A model generated the notes under the pieces. The model was given only the letters and a program-made list of their open reading frames with translations. It was not told the DNA's origin and ran no database searches. From the NCBI GenBank assembly GCA_051530055.1, contig CM121342.1, positions 15,949,480-16,013,479 on the forward strand: 64,000 bases of DNA. Direction: 5' to 3'. The position numbers and the translations under genes were made by a program. Origin of the DNA: Neoechinorhynchus agilis (taxonomy: Eukaryota > Animalia > Acanthocephala). Each line of letters opens with the position of its first letter. The stretch's first letter is position 1. This document shows positions 23,761 through 36,130 of this stretch, piece after piece.

Positions 23761-25099
23761 CCCTTTAAAACTTTCAGAGCTTAGGTTGATTTCAATAAAT
23801 TGATCAAGAGTTGTCATAGTGACCAAATCATAACATTGCAAGTAATTTGCTTTCTTATTTTTATTCGCAAATATTTTGCGTCATTGATACGCGAGTGTAA
23901 CAGCGAAGAGTTAATTAGTTCTATAATTTCTCCTACAATTCGAGACCTTGCTAACGGACGGACTTTCTAATGTATTTCCGGCATTCAACTAAAAACTGAT
24001 CGGAATTGAGCGTAGCTATATATTTTTTTCCAATTTGTATTCTTTTTATCAAACATAGTTAATAAATGTCATGAAATCATTCACACCACCTCTCTGAATA
24101 TCTCAGCTGCCGTCCTGGTGTAACGGTCGAAAATTAAAATCCTTTGAAACTTCAAATATATTTGAGTACTTCTGACGGAGTGACATTTGGCATTATATTC
24201 CGACGGATAGGTCTTTTCGCATCTCAACTTTAACCAAAATGCCCACATCGAAAAGACGTTCATCTAGGGAGTTCTATTCGTCGCTGCTCCTTTAAAGCTA
24301 TTGAAGCTTGAGGTTATTTTAATAAATTGATCAAAAGTTTTCATAGCGAACAATTTGCAACATCATTCGATTGCAAGCAATTCGTTCGCTGATTCTGTGA
24401 AGAATAGACCATATTTATTAGCTCTAAGCTATTTTCTAGTTTTCATTGTTTTAATTCACTTCTTTTAAAGCGGCATCTACAAACACCCTCACAATTAATT
24501 CCTTTTCAATACGAAAGCTTTTGCAGCTGCCCGTTTCCGCAGCCCTATGATTTACAAGCATTCATTCACAGTGATTCCGAGCTAGTATACGCATTCCTGC
24601 GAAACGAAAAATCTTGTTGAGGAAAAGTAGAATGACAAAATGAATGCTGGTAATAGGCAACGAAAAATCAATAATAATCACGAAAAACAAAAAATCGAAG
24701 ACCGCAAAGGAGCAAATTCAGTTTAATACGCCATCAGTGAAAATGAGCCATAACAGAGTTCAAGGTGAAGCCATATTAAATTACACTCGGTATTTAATTG
24801 GTTTGTCACAATCGCCGGTCTTATAAAGAATGTTGAAATAGCTTAAAATCCATATGAAAGAGGACCGGGGAACTGCACTTCGTTACTCGGAATTCATACA
24901 ATACTAAGTGTAAACTCGAAGATCTGAATAATAGAGACAACGGTAAAGTTCTATTTGTTCCAATAAAGTATCAACGACCCAAAGAAAGAGCTTCGATCAA
25001 GGAATCATCAAACAAGTCGCATAAACAATCGGTATTACCGTTGCAGATATTAGTTTCAGTCGCACATTTACTAAATGGCAAAATGTTTTAGGTTCGATC

Positions 25100-26340
25100 G
25101 TGAAATAAAGCTTTACTTAGCTGACTATGAATAGTATGCGCGAAGCGACTAAATCAGATTCGGAATTGCGTAAGGTGAAGCGGTTCTTAGTGAGTGGTTG
25201 GCCATCCACTGTCCCCCCGGAACTACACCAATATTCGTCTCGCAGACAAGAGCTTTCAGTAGAGGACGGAGTCATCCTATGATTGCAACGCCTTATAATC
25301 GCCCAGGCATTGAGGAATAAAGCACTTGATGTCTTACATACTGGACACCCCGGGATAACAGCAATGAAAGACCTAGCAAGGCATTATTGTTGGTGGCCAT
25401 CCATACGAGAGGACATCGAACACAAGTTAGGAACGTGCGTGAACTGCCAGAGCAGGAGACCAGATGCAGCAGAAACTCCGATGTACCAATGGGATGTGCC
25501 AGAGGAACCGTGGACCCAAATCCATTTGGATTTTGCGGGACCAATCAATGGACAATCGTTTCTAGTGCTTATAGACGCGTATAGCCACTGGCCGGAGATT
25601 TTTCCAATACACTCAACATCTGCATTCGAAACCATCGACAAATTAAGATCCGTTTTTGCACGATTCGAAGTCCCAGCCGAAATCATATCTGACAATGGCC
25701 CTCCCTTTCAGTCCGCACAATTTAAACAGTTTTGTTCAACAAATGGGATAAGGCATATCCGTTCATCTCCCTACCATCCTCAAACCAACGGTTTGGTAGA
25801 GAGATTCATCGGAACCTTCAAGAGACGAGTACACATCAAAAACGATCGGTAGTTACCGGAATACACCACACAACACTAGCCAAAAAACACCAGCTGAGAC
25901 ATTATTTGGACGGCGGTTGAAGACCGTATTTGATCGTATACGTCCGAATTTACGATCGACTATAAGCAGGAGACGAAATATACAAAAATCCAAACACGAC
26001 GCTCGATCGGAAATTAGTATTCAAACCTTCGGATAGTGTGTGGATTCGCGATCGTCGCTCAAACTCGTGGAAAGTGACGGGAAGGTCAAGAAGCCGTGAG
26101 CACTGAAGTGGAAGACGCAGAACAAAAAAAAACTCACCAATAACATTTCCAAGACGGGGATCAAGGGAACGTAAACCATACCCGCGATATGATTCACAAA
26201 AAGAGAGGGAGATACACATAAAAGTATGTGTGTCGCATTGGATATCGATTCGGACCAACACATATATAGATAGCGTGTGCTAATTTGAAGGTGGACTTCG
26301 AATAACGAACTAGTTGTTGTCATATGGCTACCACATATGT
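25100..26340 (+). mobile_element. Gypsy/Ty3 LTR retrotransposon remnant (integrase zinc finger and DDE core, downstream polypurine tract)
   Basis: LHTGHPGITAMKDLARHYCWWP…CVNC, IHLDFAGP, IISDNGPPF and YHPQTNGLVERF. TGA replaces a Trp codon at ~25280 and there is a premature TAG at 25850. A purine tract aaaaagagagggaga lies at ~26198. Confidence 0.85.
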
Positions 26341-26370
26341 ATTTATACAAAAGTCGCTAACATTAAATAT

Positions 26371-26772
26371 CTATTGATTGGAGGCTTCTTTGTCTTTTAC
26401 TTTCGCAAATGGGTCCGTGCTTTTGTTTGTGAATAGTTGGTTAAATTGAGCGTTATAGCAAGGCTTTTTTTCAGTTGGTAGTCTAGGTCCAAGATTTAAA
26501 CACCGTGAGAATAGTGCCTGGAGTGTATTTCCATTGTTCTGTCTTGCTTGATTAAAATTCCTTACTCTGGGTATTAACGGGACAAAATTTGATGGGACTG
26601 CGACATAGCGCTTATCAAATCTTGGCGGAGACGGAAATCCCCTCACGCTATTAGTGAAGAATGGACGATGCGGATCCAGTTGTTGAGGCGCACGAAGTTT
26701 TGGTTCTTGAATATTACTTTCTTCGATATTAGCTTGAGAACTGTTCATCAGGTTTTTGCTATATTGTTCCAT
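26371..26772 (-). CDS. Orphan 133-aa protein, copy 2
   Basis: Paralogue of 12184-12585 with 8 amino-acid differences; frame intact. Confidence 0.55.
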   Translation of the reverse strand: MEQYSKNLMNSSQANIEESNIQEPKLRAPQQLDPHRPFFTNSVRGFPSPPRFDKRYVAVPSNFVPLIPRVRNFNQARQNNGNTLQALFSRCLNLGPRLPTEKKPCYNAQFNQLFTNKSTDPFAKVKDKEASNQ

Positions 26773-27819
26773 TTCTGAAATCCAAACACACGATTTGCTT
26801 ATGCGATCGAACGTAAAAGACTCAGATTCGTACCGATGAAAATGTGCTAGCGTTGTTTTCTGTCCCTAGAATTGAATGAATGGGATTCCCGTCCAAGTCA
26901 GCTGACGTGGAGAACAATGAGAAGTGCGTGATCACATTAAGGTGTGATCACGTGTATGCGTGATCACGGGTCAATTGGCTCCCGGAACGGCATTTTCCTT
27001 TTATTCTTGAATGCTAATTCTGTATCTATGTGTGGCGTTTTCACGGCGGATAATTTTCCTTTTAGGTACGCCGCCCACCGATCTGGTTCAGAAACGCGCA
27101 TAAAATCACACTTAATATCTTGAACTACACGGTTATGAGTGAGATGGGACTCATCAATGAGCTTCCTCATCTTACAATATTAAGTTATTTCAAGTGCTTC
27201 CGTGAACCAGATCGGTGGGCAGTTTGCCCAAGGAAAATTATCAGCCGTGAAAAAGGCCACACTTAAAACGCAGAATAAAAGTTACCGGCTGGCCAGACTT
27301 CGAAATAATAAAATAATTCAGTTGGCTTAGAATTAAAAATCAAAAACTGGCAGTGTGTCTCCTGATTCCAGTTTGAGTCAAAGGGTTCAATATTCATTTT
27401 CGCCGTAACGCATAGCCAATAGGGAACGAAATATAACTGAAGGGAGGAAACTCATAGATGAGTCTCGCCTCCTCGGGAGGTATCTGATTATCCAGAGAGA
27501 TGCAGAAACTAATAACCACGTATGGTTCAAGGTATTAAGTGTGATTTTATGCGCATCCCTTCACCAGATCAGTGGGCGGTGTGCCAAAGAATATTATCAG
27601 CCGTGAAAAAGACAACACATAGATACTGAAAAGTCTTTTATTCTTTATTTATGTGTGGCTAATTGATTACTTTTTTATTAAGTGTCGAAGTAACCATGGT
27701 TGCATTGCTAATTATTTTCCTTTCTTTTAATTAAAGAAATAATTTTTAACTTATGAAATATAAATACTGTTATGAAAACTAAACAAATCCAAGCCCGCCA
27801 GAAAATTAGTGAGTTTTCT

Positions 27820-28620
27820 GAAACCCAGTCTTGATGGCAGTGCGAATGTGATAGCGTCAGCCTATGATTTTCTTGAAATACTCAAATCCGTCAATTGAAC
27901 GGACGATGTATGTATGCTCTCAGCTGGTGTTAGGGGAATGTTTACTCAGATGCCTACTAAAGAAGCGATTGAGCTCGCAATTACAATCCTAGAACAAAAT
28001 GGCGCGTATAACCTAAGCAAAGTGGAATGGAGACAATAACTATAAAATGTCGATATATGAGGTACCAAGTACACAAACTTTGAGTATGAAGGTGAGAACT
28101 GCGACCAGATTGATGGTACCGTGATGGGTAGTCCACTGCCGCCTGTACTGGCAGAGCTTTATAAGGAGAATTGAGAAAAAGATCATATCGCCACAAAAGC
28201 TTGAATAAATATTTGGCTCAGATATGTTGATGACACGTTCATCCTGATGAAACGGTCAACATTTTCGAAGGACCAATTCATACAATGGGACGTGGAAATG
28301 GAAAAAACATCTTCCTTAGCGTTTCTGGATCTTCTCATAAGACGACAAAACCCAAGTTATAGGACCACTGTGTATCGAAAAGGGAACATTCCACACGGTG
28401 TGGAACCATGGACCTCTGCCCGGCCAGTATCCTACAAAGTAGCGCGGATCCAAATAATGCTCATTATAGGTTAAAACTCAGGATAAAGCCACCCGTGACT
28501 AACATTCTAGACCTGAAGAAGTCCGACGAGACGGGCGAAATATCGTGAAAGGGCAATAATAAATCAATGTCTATAGTGAAAGGTAAATAATAAGTCAATC
28601 TCTTTATCACTAAACAAAAT
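27820..28620 (+). mobile_element. Decayed, internally deleted PLE copy followed by a pseudo-LTR
   Basis: Same RT remnants as 13670-14270, then a hammerhead core and the tail aataagtcaatctct shared with 9780 and 16690. Confidence 0.75.
28511..28554 (+). ncRNA. Hammerhead core in a PLE pseudo-LTR (stem I imperfect in this copy)
   Basis: CTGAAGA-a-gtcc(gacgagac)gggc-GAAA-tatc-gtgaaagggc. Stem III is the palindrome ATAT with an AUC cleavage triplet. Confidence 0.65.
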
Positions 28621-29089
28621 AAATGTAAACCTAAATGTAGCAACAAACGCGGCTAAATTTGTGTGATCAGTTAGTATTTGAAATGTTATTTATAAGCACG
28701 TTTTATTTAAAAGGAGAAAGAAGCATAAGTCACCGAAATCGGATTGTGAAGCGGCCACGAAGGAGAAAGCGATTTTTATAGATGCTATAAGTATGCCAAA
28801 CTCAAAGAAGGATTTGTTGGAAACGAATTGTGTTCTAAAGACTGCGAATATTCCGACAATTACTAGAGACTTGGTACCACCCTTAAAGGATATTCAGCCT
28901 GTAGTACTTTAGGATTCTAAAATTACGGTGGAAGGGTATGATATTGTGACTGGGATAAAATGTAACGATAGGAAAAGCGAAAGCGATCCAGTTGAAGTAG
29001 CAACCAAGAAAGCTACGACCGAACAAACGATCGAAGAAACATCTGAACAAGTAGGAACAAGCGCAAAATGCGGAACACTATCAAAATGA

Positions 29090-31256
29090 ATCAACCCTCC
29101 GACTCATTTCTGTAATGATACGTCTTCTCCACCCCGGCAATCATCCCTCATTGCTCTGAATTCGCCCACCTATCCCAAACTTTCCACCTAACTCTCTAAA
29201 AACTGTCCACCAAATTATCTTAAAACTCCCTACCTTCTTTAATTATTTACGCAAAAAACATTCTCACATAAGACCTTTAGTACGAAAACATCAATACACG
29301 CCTACAACTCATGCCTACCGCAAAACCAACCTTCCTCAACAAACACTGACACAGGCCTCCAGCAACAATCACTATTATAAAATTTCATCAAAATGCGGAC
29401 CTTTCCTCTCAGCTATGCCCGAACTTTCAACATTATCCAAATTAGACCTTCAGAAACACTACATTCACCACCTTAATATTGTGTGTCGACAACTCATGCC
29501 TGAATCCTTTTTCTCTTTCCTTTCCCCCTTCCAGATCTACATCACCGTTCTCAGCCTCTACAGCCTCACCTCCCATGATTTCCACGTATGATATCCTGAT
29601 GCTTCTTCGGAAACTACCACGCAAATCATCCCGTAATTCTCCCATTTCCAACTGGGCTCTGCGCTTTATCATTCCAGATTTAATTGATGCACCTACCCAT
29701 ATAATAGAGCAAAGTTTCAAACCCGAAATCTTCCTTAATTGCTTTAAAACAGCTCAGGTAACTTACTCCCGAAAGCAGATAGATTTATTTATATCCATCT
29801 CAAGTTTCCGACCCACCTCTATCTTACCTTCCTTATCTAAAATCCTAGAGAGATGCTTTAAAGCACACCTTTTGCAAATCTTCAATCGAAAGATTTCACC
29901 CATTAAATTCGGTCTTGCATGGACGTCCTTCTTTGCATCTACGATTCTCTTCTCCATAACCTCGACGCACAACCTTTATTCATCTCTCGACTCATTCAAG
30001 TCGACATTCATAAAGCTTTTGATTCCGTCGATCACAATCTTGTCCTTGGCACATGCTCTAAATTTGGTCTTGCTGCCTGGCAATTCAAATGGTTGAATTC
30101 CTTCCTAAACAATATATCACAATTTATCGAAATATGGAGCATCGCCTCGAACACCTTAGCAATCAACAAGGGAGTTCACCAAGGAACTGTTTACTCCCCA
30201 TTCTTTTGAAAATTTTCCTGAACGATCTTATTCCATCTTCTTCTTATTCTAAATACTTCTTGTATGCTGATGATATAAACACGTTTTGTTTATGTAAAAA
30301 ATGCAGGATCCACACACTTGTCAGCATCTATCTTTGCTAAACGGTGTATGGATGACGGATGTTAAAGGCAAGGGAGGTGGGACTGGATTTTGAAGGGGTG
30401 TTGATGTGGGATCGGAGGCTTTGTAAAGGAGATGACACATTAGGAGTCTTTAATTGTTCTCCTGTTATTAAGGAAAGATTGGGCTTGGTTGAAATCATTA
30501 CGCATGCGCCGGCTCTCCTCTTCTTAAACGCCTCCGAGTCCTTGGATTATTATTCAAAGATCTTAAGTACTTCTATATGTCCGCCATCTACCAACGGTCA
30601 CCTACGCATATCCAACCTTCTGCAATTTTTCTTCTAAACTATTCAAAAAACTTAATACATTTCATAAGCGGTGCGCTCTAATCTGCCCTTCCGAACTCGT
30701 GCCCTTAGAAAAACACCTCTCTCTAATATTTGAAAAGCATTCAAAGCGCCTTCATTCTCTTCCGATTCAATTTCTACCACACATTTCTCCTTTTACTCAC
30801 ACTTACAACATTCGCATCGCCCCAACATTTTCCATCCTTCAGTTCCTCGCACAAATCTGTACCTCCGCTCTTTCTTCCCCACTGCTCAATCCTCCAAATG
30901 CCAATTGATTCGGAGGAAAGAACGGAACACAGCAACAACTAACAATTAACCAACCAAAATTAGCTCCCTATACCGGCGCTCCTTTTTCAATACTGCACAA
31001 TCTTCGCGAATACCATGACAGAAAATGAGCGGGAGGAAAGGCCGACCTCACTAACTCGCCCTTCCCCGCCCGCCCGGATATACCAACCCGAACGGACTTC
31101 CTCCGAGTGGATCTTCCCACCCTACCAAAACAGTAATATACTCAATAATCAACATCCGCATTCTTTGAACAACTCTGAACTCGAGCGCTTACGAGGACCC
31201 AAAGGTATATGGGTCATATTCTTTGTATTTCAACAAATAAACGTGTTATTATTATC
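29090..31256 (+). mobile_element. APE-type LINE (CR1/L2-like) copy running to its 3' end; decayed, with an internally rearranged block at ~30335-30490
   Basis: FRPTSILPSLSKILERC, IQVDIHKAFDSVDH, GVHQGTVYSP and LYADD; ends in aataaacgtgttattattat. Confidence 0.85.
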
Positions 31257-31261
31257 TTTGG

Positions 31262-31730
31262 CAAGTTGACTTTGGTCGATTAGTCGATTTTGGTTGGTTA
31301 ATTTGTAGTTGTCGTTTTCCGTTCTTTCATCCGAATCATTTCGGATTTGAAGGACTGAGCAGTGGGGAAGAAAGAGCGGAGTTAGAGATTTGTGCGAGGA
31401 ACTGAAGGATGAAAAATGTTGGGGCGACGAGTGTTGTAAGTGTGAGTAAAAGGAGAAATGTGTCTTAGAAATTGAGGAGGAAGAGATTGAAGGCGCTTTG
31501 GATGCTTTTGAAAGATTAGAGAGAGGTGTTTTTCTAAGGGCAGGAGTTCGGAGGAGCAGATTAGAGTGCACCTCTTGTGAAATGTATTAAGTTTTTGGAA
31601 AGGCAAGAAGAAAAATTGCGGAAGGTTGGATATGCGCGTAGGTGATCGTTGGTAGGATGGCGGACATATAAAAGTACTTAAGGTCATTGAATGAGAATCC
31701 AAGGAATTGGAGGCAGCATGTATTTGTTAG
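31262..31730 (-). mobile_element. Inverted 3' fragment of the same LINE family, tail-to-tail with the previous copy
   Basis: Reverse complement of 30540-30960-like sequence (PLEKHLSLIF…HISPFTHTYN). Confidence 0.8.
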
Positions 31731-32632
31731 GCTTTCCTCAAAATAGTTTTTCGAAAGGCAGAATGGAAGCGAAGCAATTCGTACATTTAATGGATGCAGT
31801 AATGGGGCACTACTGCCTGATGTGAGCCGTGCAACGTTGGCACTTACACTTGCATGATGAAGCATGATGACACCAGCGGCTACATCTTTAAAAAATAGTC
31901 GTGTTCGAGTCATACATGGTTTCCCGTAGTATCGAAAAGATAACCCATTGACATTTTATTCCTCTACCCTAGCCTCACTTGAATTCCGCAATGTCAAGAG
32001 TCGCAGAGCATAAAATTGCATAGAACTGTTGGGAGTTGGGACGAGCCAGGTAGTTAATTGGTTGCAACCCACATTCGTGAGAGATGCCCTTAAAATCCTC
32101 TTCGGTAAGTTTCAGTGGAGAATTGAATGTGAAAAATGTCACTCTTCATGATAACTTTAATTTAATATCACGAAGCATTTTAAAAACAGATATAATTGCC
32201 AGCTTTGTTAGAAAACTTGTTTTTGTAATAATAACGATTTTTCCTTTTCCTTTGTTGCTTAAAAATTCAGAGAAAAAAATCTTTGATAGAGAAAGGAACT
32301 TTTATTGGTGTCTAACTCTTTGTTTGGACTTTTAACTACATAATCTTCTTTCCTTTTTGGCTGAGCAACCGAGACACTAATTACTATCACACAGGGGAGG
32401 GGAAACATTCTCACTTACCTGAAGATCCGCAGACCTATCTGTTGGTTTAGGAATCCTGAATTCCTGGACATTGTTTTCAATAATAGGTTGGCGCGAGATT
32501 TAAGACACTGGTGCGATTCAGGTAATCCATAGCACGTGCACCGAAACATGCATAAAAGGCATTTTATTGAACCAAACGTGTTTAGAACCCCATTTACGTC
32601 ACTGAAACTCATTGTTACTGTTGGAATTAAAA

Positions 32633-33019
32633 ATGAGCATCTATAATAATCCGAGAGACGAAATCGTCCACACGCTTCAGAGGACTGCGAACGTCGCATA
32701 CCGACTTTTCGTTCGTCAAATCCCACAAGATGAACTTATCGAGATTTTTAGGCCTTCCAATCTGGAAATATTTAAACGCGTGGTAGTAACACATTTAAAG
32801 ACTCGAATGGAGGCATTATGCCGCAGATACACTAACCTCACTCTGAGAAAGGTTGCCGTTGAAATACGGATGAAGATGGGAAGAGGTATGTATGTAGCAA
32901 GGCAGACGCTCAGCCGAGGAGCAGGTCAATTGAGCAGAGGCCGATTCGAGGACGACCTTATCGTGATCGAATGCATGGCATGGGTGAGTGAACCAGTGGT
33001 TCGAAATGGAGTGCACTGA
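32633..33019 (+). CDS. Orphan ~128-aa basic protein
   Basis: Single ORF MSIYNNPRDEIV…VRNGVH* with protein-like composition; no family recognised. Confidence 0.35.
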   Translation: MSIYNNPRDEIVHTLQRTANVAYRLFVRQIPQDELIEIFRPSNLEIFKRVVVTHLKTRMEALCRRYTNLTLRKVAVEIRMKMGRGMYVARQTLSRGAGQLSRGRFEDDLIVIECMAWVSEPVVRNGVH

Positions 33020-33409
33020 ATAACCAAAATAAGAATCAAGTAAATTATGGAGCGTCCATAATCTCTGAGCAAAAGACCAGTTAGGAGCAATCCTGTTGAA
33101 ATCATTCCTATCTAAGTTTTGCGATTTACCCACCTTGAACAGAAGATCGAACGTGTTTTAAAATCGAATTATCGACCATTAAAATCAGGGATTTTATCCT
33201 TTCAGAGTTTTTCTCATCGATGAACACGAACAGGGAATGAGTCATATTTTGCTAAGAATTTATGAGCCCGAATCGTAAAATTGTTTGCTTAACAATTGCT
33301 CACTGTTAAAAGAGGACCAACATTTATTGAGCAGCATGCTTAGTTTTGTTTGATAGAATTCTTAATCTAAATGTCATGTGTAAAAGTGCCAACAGCGTCC
33401 ATGAAATGC

Positions 33410-34670
33410 TCACTCAATTTCACTAAATTCGACTCCACTGTTGTGAGCATTGACAATCGATTCCTCCAATTCTTTTTCATATACTTTCCTTAAAGGAACT
33501 ACATTTTTCTCAATGGCATCTCGCTCCATTCCTTCCATTTTCTTACACGCTTCCTCTAGTGTTAATCCCATCCACTCAATAGCCTCTTCATCCTTCACAT
33601 AAACACATAATATTCACTAGTAATTCATTTATAAAATAGTACTTACATCTTCCTTGAATTTTTTATACTTTTCAAAAAGAAAAAGTTCCTTTTCATTGAG
33701 CTTATGTTTATTTCGACTCATGTTGTTAAGACACCGTAAACGATCATCTCATTGTGACCCCCTGATGAGTAGATCGCATCATAACATTTCCTTTTTTAAC
33801 TCGATGCCGAATTTCGAGTATAAATCAAACGGTTGGGTCTATGTTAAATATTGGGGAGACAATCAGACTGTGAAGCATAAATGAATCACAGAATTCGTGA
33901 TTGAAAAAAATCCTATTTAACGTCGAAACTTTAAAGTTGATAAGGCATCAAAAATTAGCACCTCGAAGGTAAATAGAAATTACAGGCGCCGAAGATTTTA
34001 GTGGAATTGAAAAAAGTTTAAATGCCCAGAATTAAAGGAACAAAACATAAGAGTTGTGTTTGAATTTTCATTGAACAGATAGAATCAAATAAAGTTGGTT
34101 ACCTAAGCAAAATTGTACGCTTTTAAGTTTCAAATACATACCATAAGGATATACTCGTCAAATCCTTGGCACTTCTCAATTTGACTAATCGTTGTTCTTG
34201 TCATCATAATAGCAAACCGTTTATCGAGCAATCTACTCTTCATGATCAACTTCATCAAACTTGGATTCCATATCATTGAGTGCCTGTATTCATTGCTGTT
34301 AGAAGTGCTTATCAGTTTCCAAATCAACAAACGGCGGGAAATCAGGATTTTTGGTTAAGTAATAACCTGCAACGACCCCTTCTCCTCCCCACAATCCCTT
34401 ATCGGCTTCAACCGGATACATGATTGGAATAGGAAGAGTTGGGACTTTCCTTCGAATTCCAGTTTCATGGTTCACAATATATTTGAACGGGGAACGACGC
34501 TCGTGAACAAAGTCGCCGTTTTTCCATTTGACGTTCATCTCGACCCAGTGCTTCTTATATGCTTCAGGCAGCTTACTCAATTTGTTACTAGGATGAAATA
34601 CAGTAGCGTCCGCTTCCTCGCGTCCTCGAATTGGCCGAATCAGCTTTGGTCGGGGTACGAGCAGTTTCAT
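33410..34670 (-). CDS. MRPL28: Mitochondrial ribosomal protein L28 (bL28m), spliced
   Basis: PIPIMYPVEADKGLWGGEG, IWNPSL…SRLLDKRF…GFDEYIL, DLYSKFGIELK and EEAIEWMGLTLEEA match bL28m in order. Several short GT-AG introns. Confidence 0.9.
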
Positions 34671-34848
34671 CTAAAAATCGAGCTAAGCAGGTCGCAGTTA
34701 AAAGGCTAGGATGTTCCTATTTTCAAATAAGTGACTTTTAGCTTCAGCCAGTTGGATATTTTCGTATAAGCGGCAATAAATCCGTCATAAAAGCGTTCCT
34801 CCCGCGGCGATCCATCCGTAGCTCAAAACAATAAAAAAAACTTCTGTA

Positions 34849-35220
34849 TTAAGAACGCTCGGACACGAGTGGAGAAATCATGATTACGCCGTCGCCTCTC
34901 ACAAAAAGCATTGCAATATTCCGTTTAGTTGTCTTAAGACTTCCTTCGAAGAGATCACTGTCGATGTCCACAGAGGTAACTGTCTCCTCGCAATCGCTCA
35001 AAATCATGTTTAAATGAAGATCAAATGCGTGCAATTTTCCTCTGAGCTCGCGATTGTTTCGCATTTTAACGAGAACAAACATGTCGATGCTTATTCTAAG
35101 AAGGTCAATTGGTTGAGTGATTCCTAACTGCATCTACTTTATTGAAAAGAAAAGTGAACGGACAGCATATGCACTAAAATATAATTTTACCTGAGCATCG
35201 TACTTATCCGCCGTTGCCAT
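34849..35220 (-). CDS. LSM3: U6 snRNA-associated Sm-like protein LSm3, 2 exons
   Basis: [10 protein letters not shown], then a 63-nt intron (35190-35128), then [11 protein letters not shown]…[32 protein letters not shown]…[19 protein letters not shown]. Confidence 0.95.
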
Positions 35221-35439
35221 CCGAGTAAAGTTTTTCAAAAACAAAAACCCGAATTCTTAACCACAAGACAAATTCTTTCACCGCATCACTTTCCTTTGAT
35301 CGCATTTATGCCGAAATTAAACCAAAAATGGAATTCAAACAATGAAGTCTTGACACGAAGTCAAAATTAAAGGGTTAATCTCGTGATGATAAGAAAAGAT
35401 CTTAGTACACAGACTCAAATGGGTTAAAGCGAAAAAAAA

Positions 35440-35660
35440 CGGACTCATGTTTGACAGAGATACTCGGGTCGTTTGTTACCGCGGAGCAGAACCTGGTCAA
35501 TCAATTGTCTAAGAGATTGAGACGAATTGCTGGCGATCCGAGGGCAGGAGCATTCATCCTGCAAATCATAGCCAACGGAGGAACGCTGCATCCGTCCTTT
35601 CGACCGTATAAATCAGGACAACAGCTGAGTGATCCAGGGCGATGCCGTGAATGGTGATAA
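35440..35660 (+). mobile_element. CRE-like RLE C-terminal remnant
   Basis: EILGSF…LVNQLSKRLRRIAGDPRAGAFILQ resembles the CRE motif ETLG…L.KRL…GDPRAGAFL.QR. Confidence 0.6.
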
Positions 35661-35869
35661 GATTTGGTCGAGATAAAAATAGATGGAATTCTCAATTCCA
35701 CAGGTTATTTAATAAAAATGAAGAACTCACTATATTTTATAAAATCGAATCTTTTCTCTTGCCAAAAAATAAATATTGTATTCTGGATTTAAAAAAGCGA
35801 GGGAAACGCAAATAGCAATCTTTTCTGTTGTCGGTATGTGAGGTACCGGGTTATATGATTAGAATTACT

Positions 35870-36130
35870 GTTTGGATCTTCATCCGGTAATTCTCTAAGC
35901 CACAACCTAAAATGCAACTTCTACCATCCAATTTATTCATTCCTTCCATAAAAGCTTAGCACCCACTTACGTCATTCTTTGTGGAATAACCTTCAATCTG
36001 AGACCCCTTTGCCTTCCCATATCTTTATGAAGTATCTCCTCACTCCTAAAATCCACTCAGTCTCCCCTCTCAATCCTAATTCTTATGAATCGTATCTTCT
36101 AATTTGCTAAATTCTACAATGTTTAACATT
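35870..36130 (+). mobile_element. Highly decayed fragment of the CR1/L2-like LINE
   Basis: Pyrimidine-rich stretch resembling the LINE 3' region at 30700-30900 and 60900-61100. Confidence 0.4.

Noticed and set aside
33749-33781. Two in-frame TGAs in MRPL28 as selenocysteine or readthrough
   Set aside because: Readthrough would make the segment ~14 aa longer than homologues, no SECIS is evident, and an intron explains them more simply.
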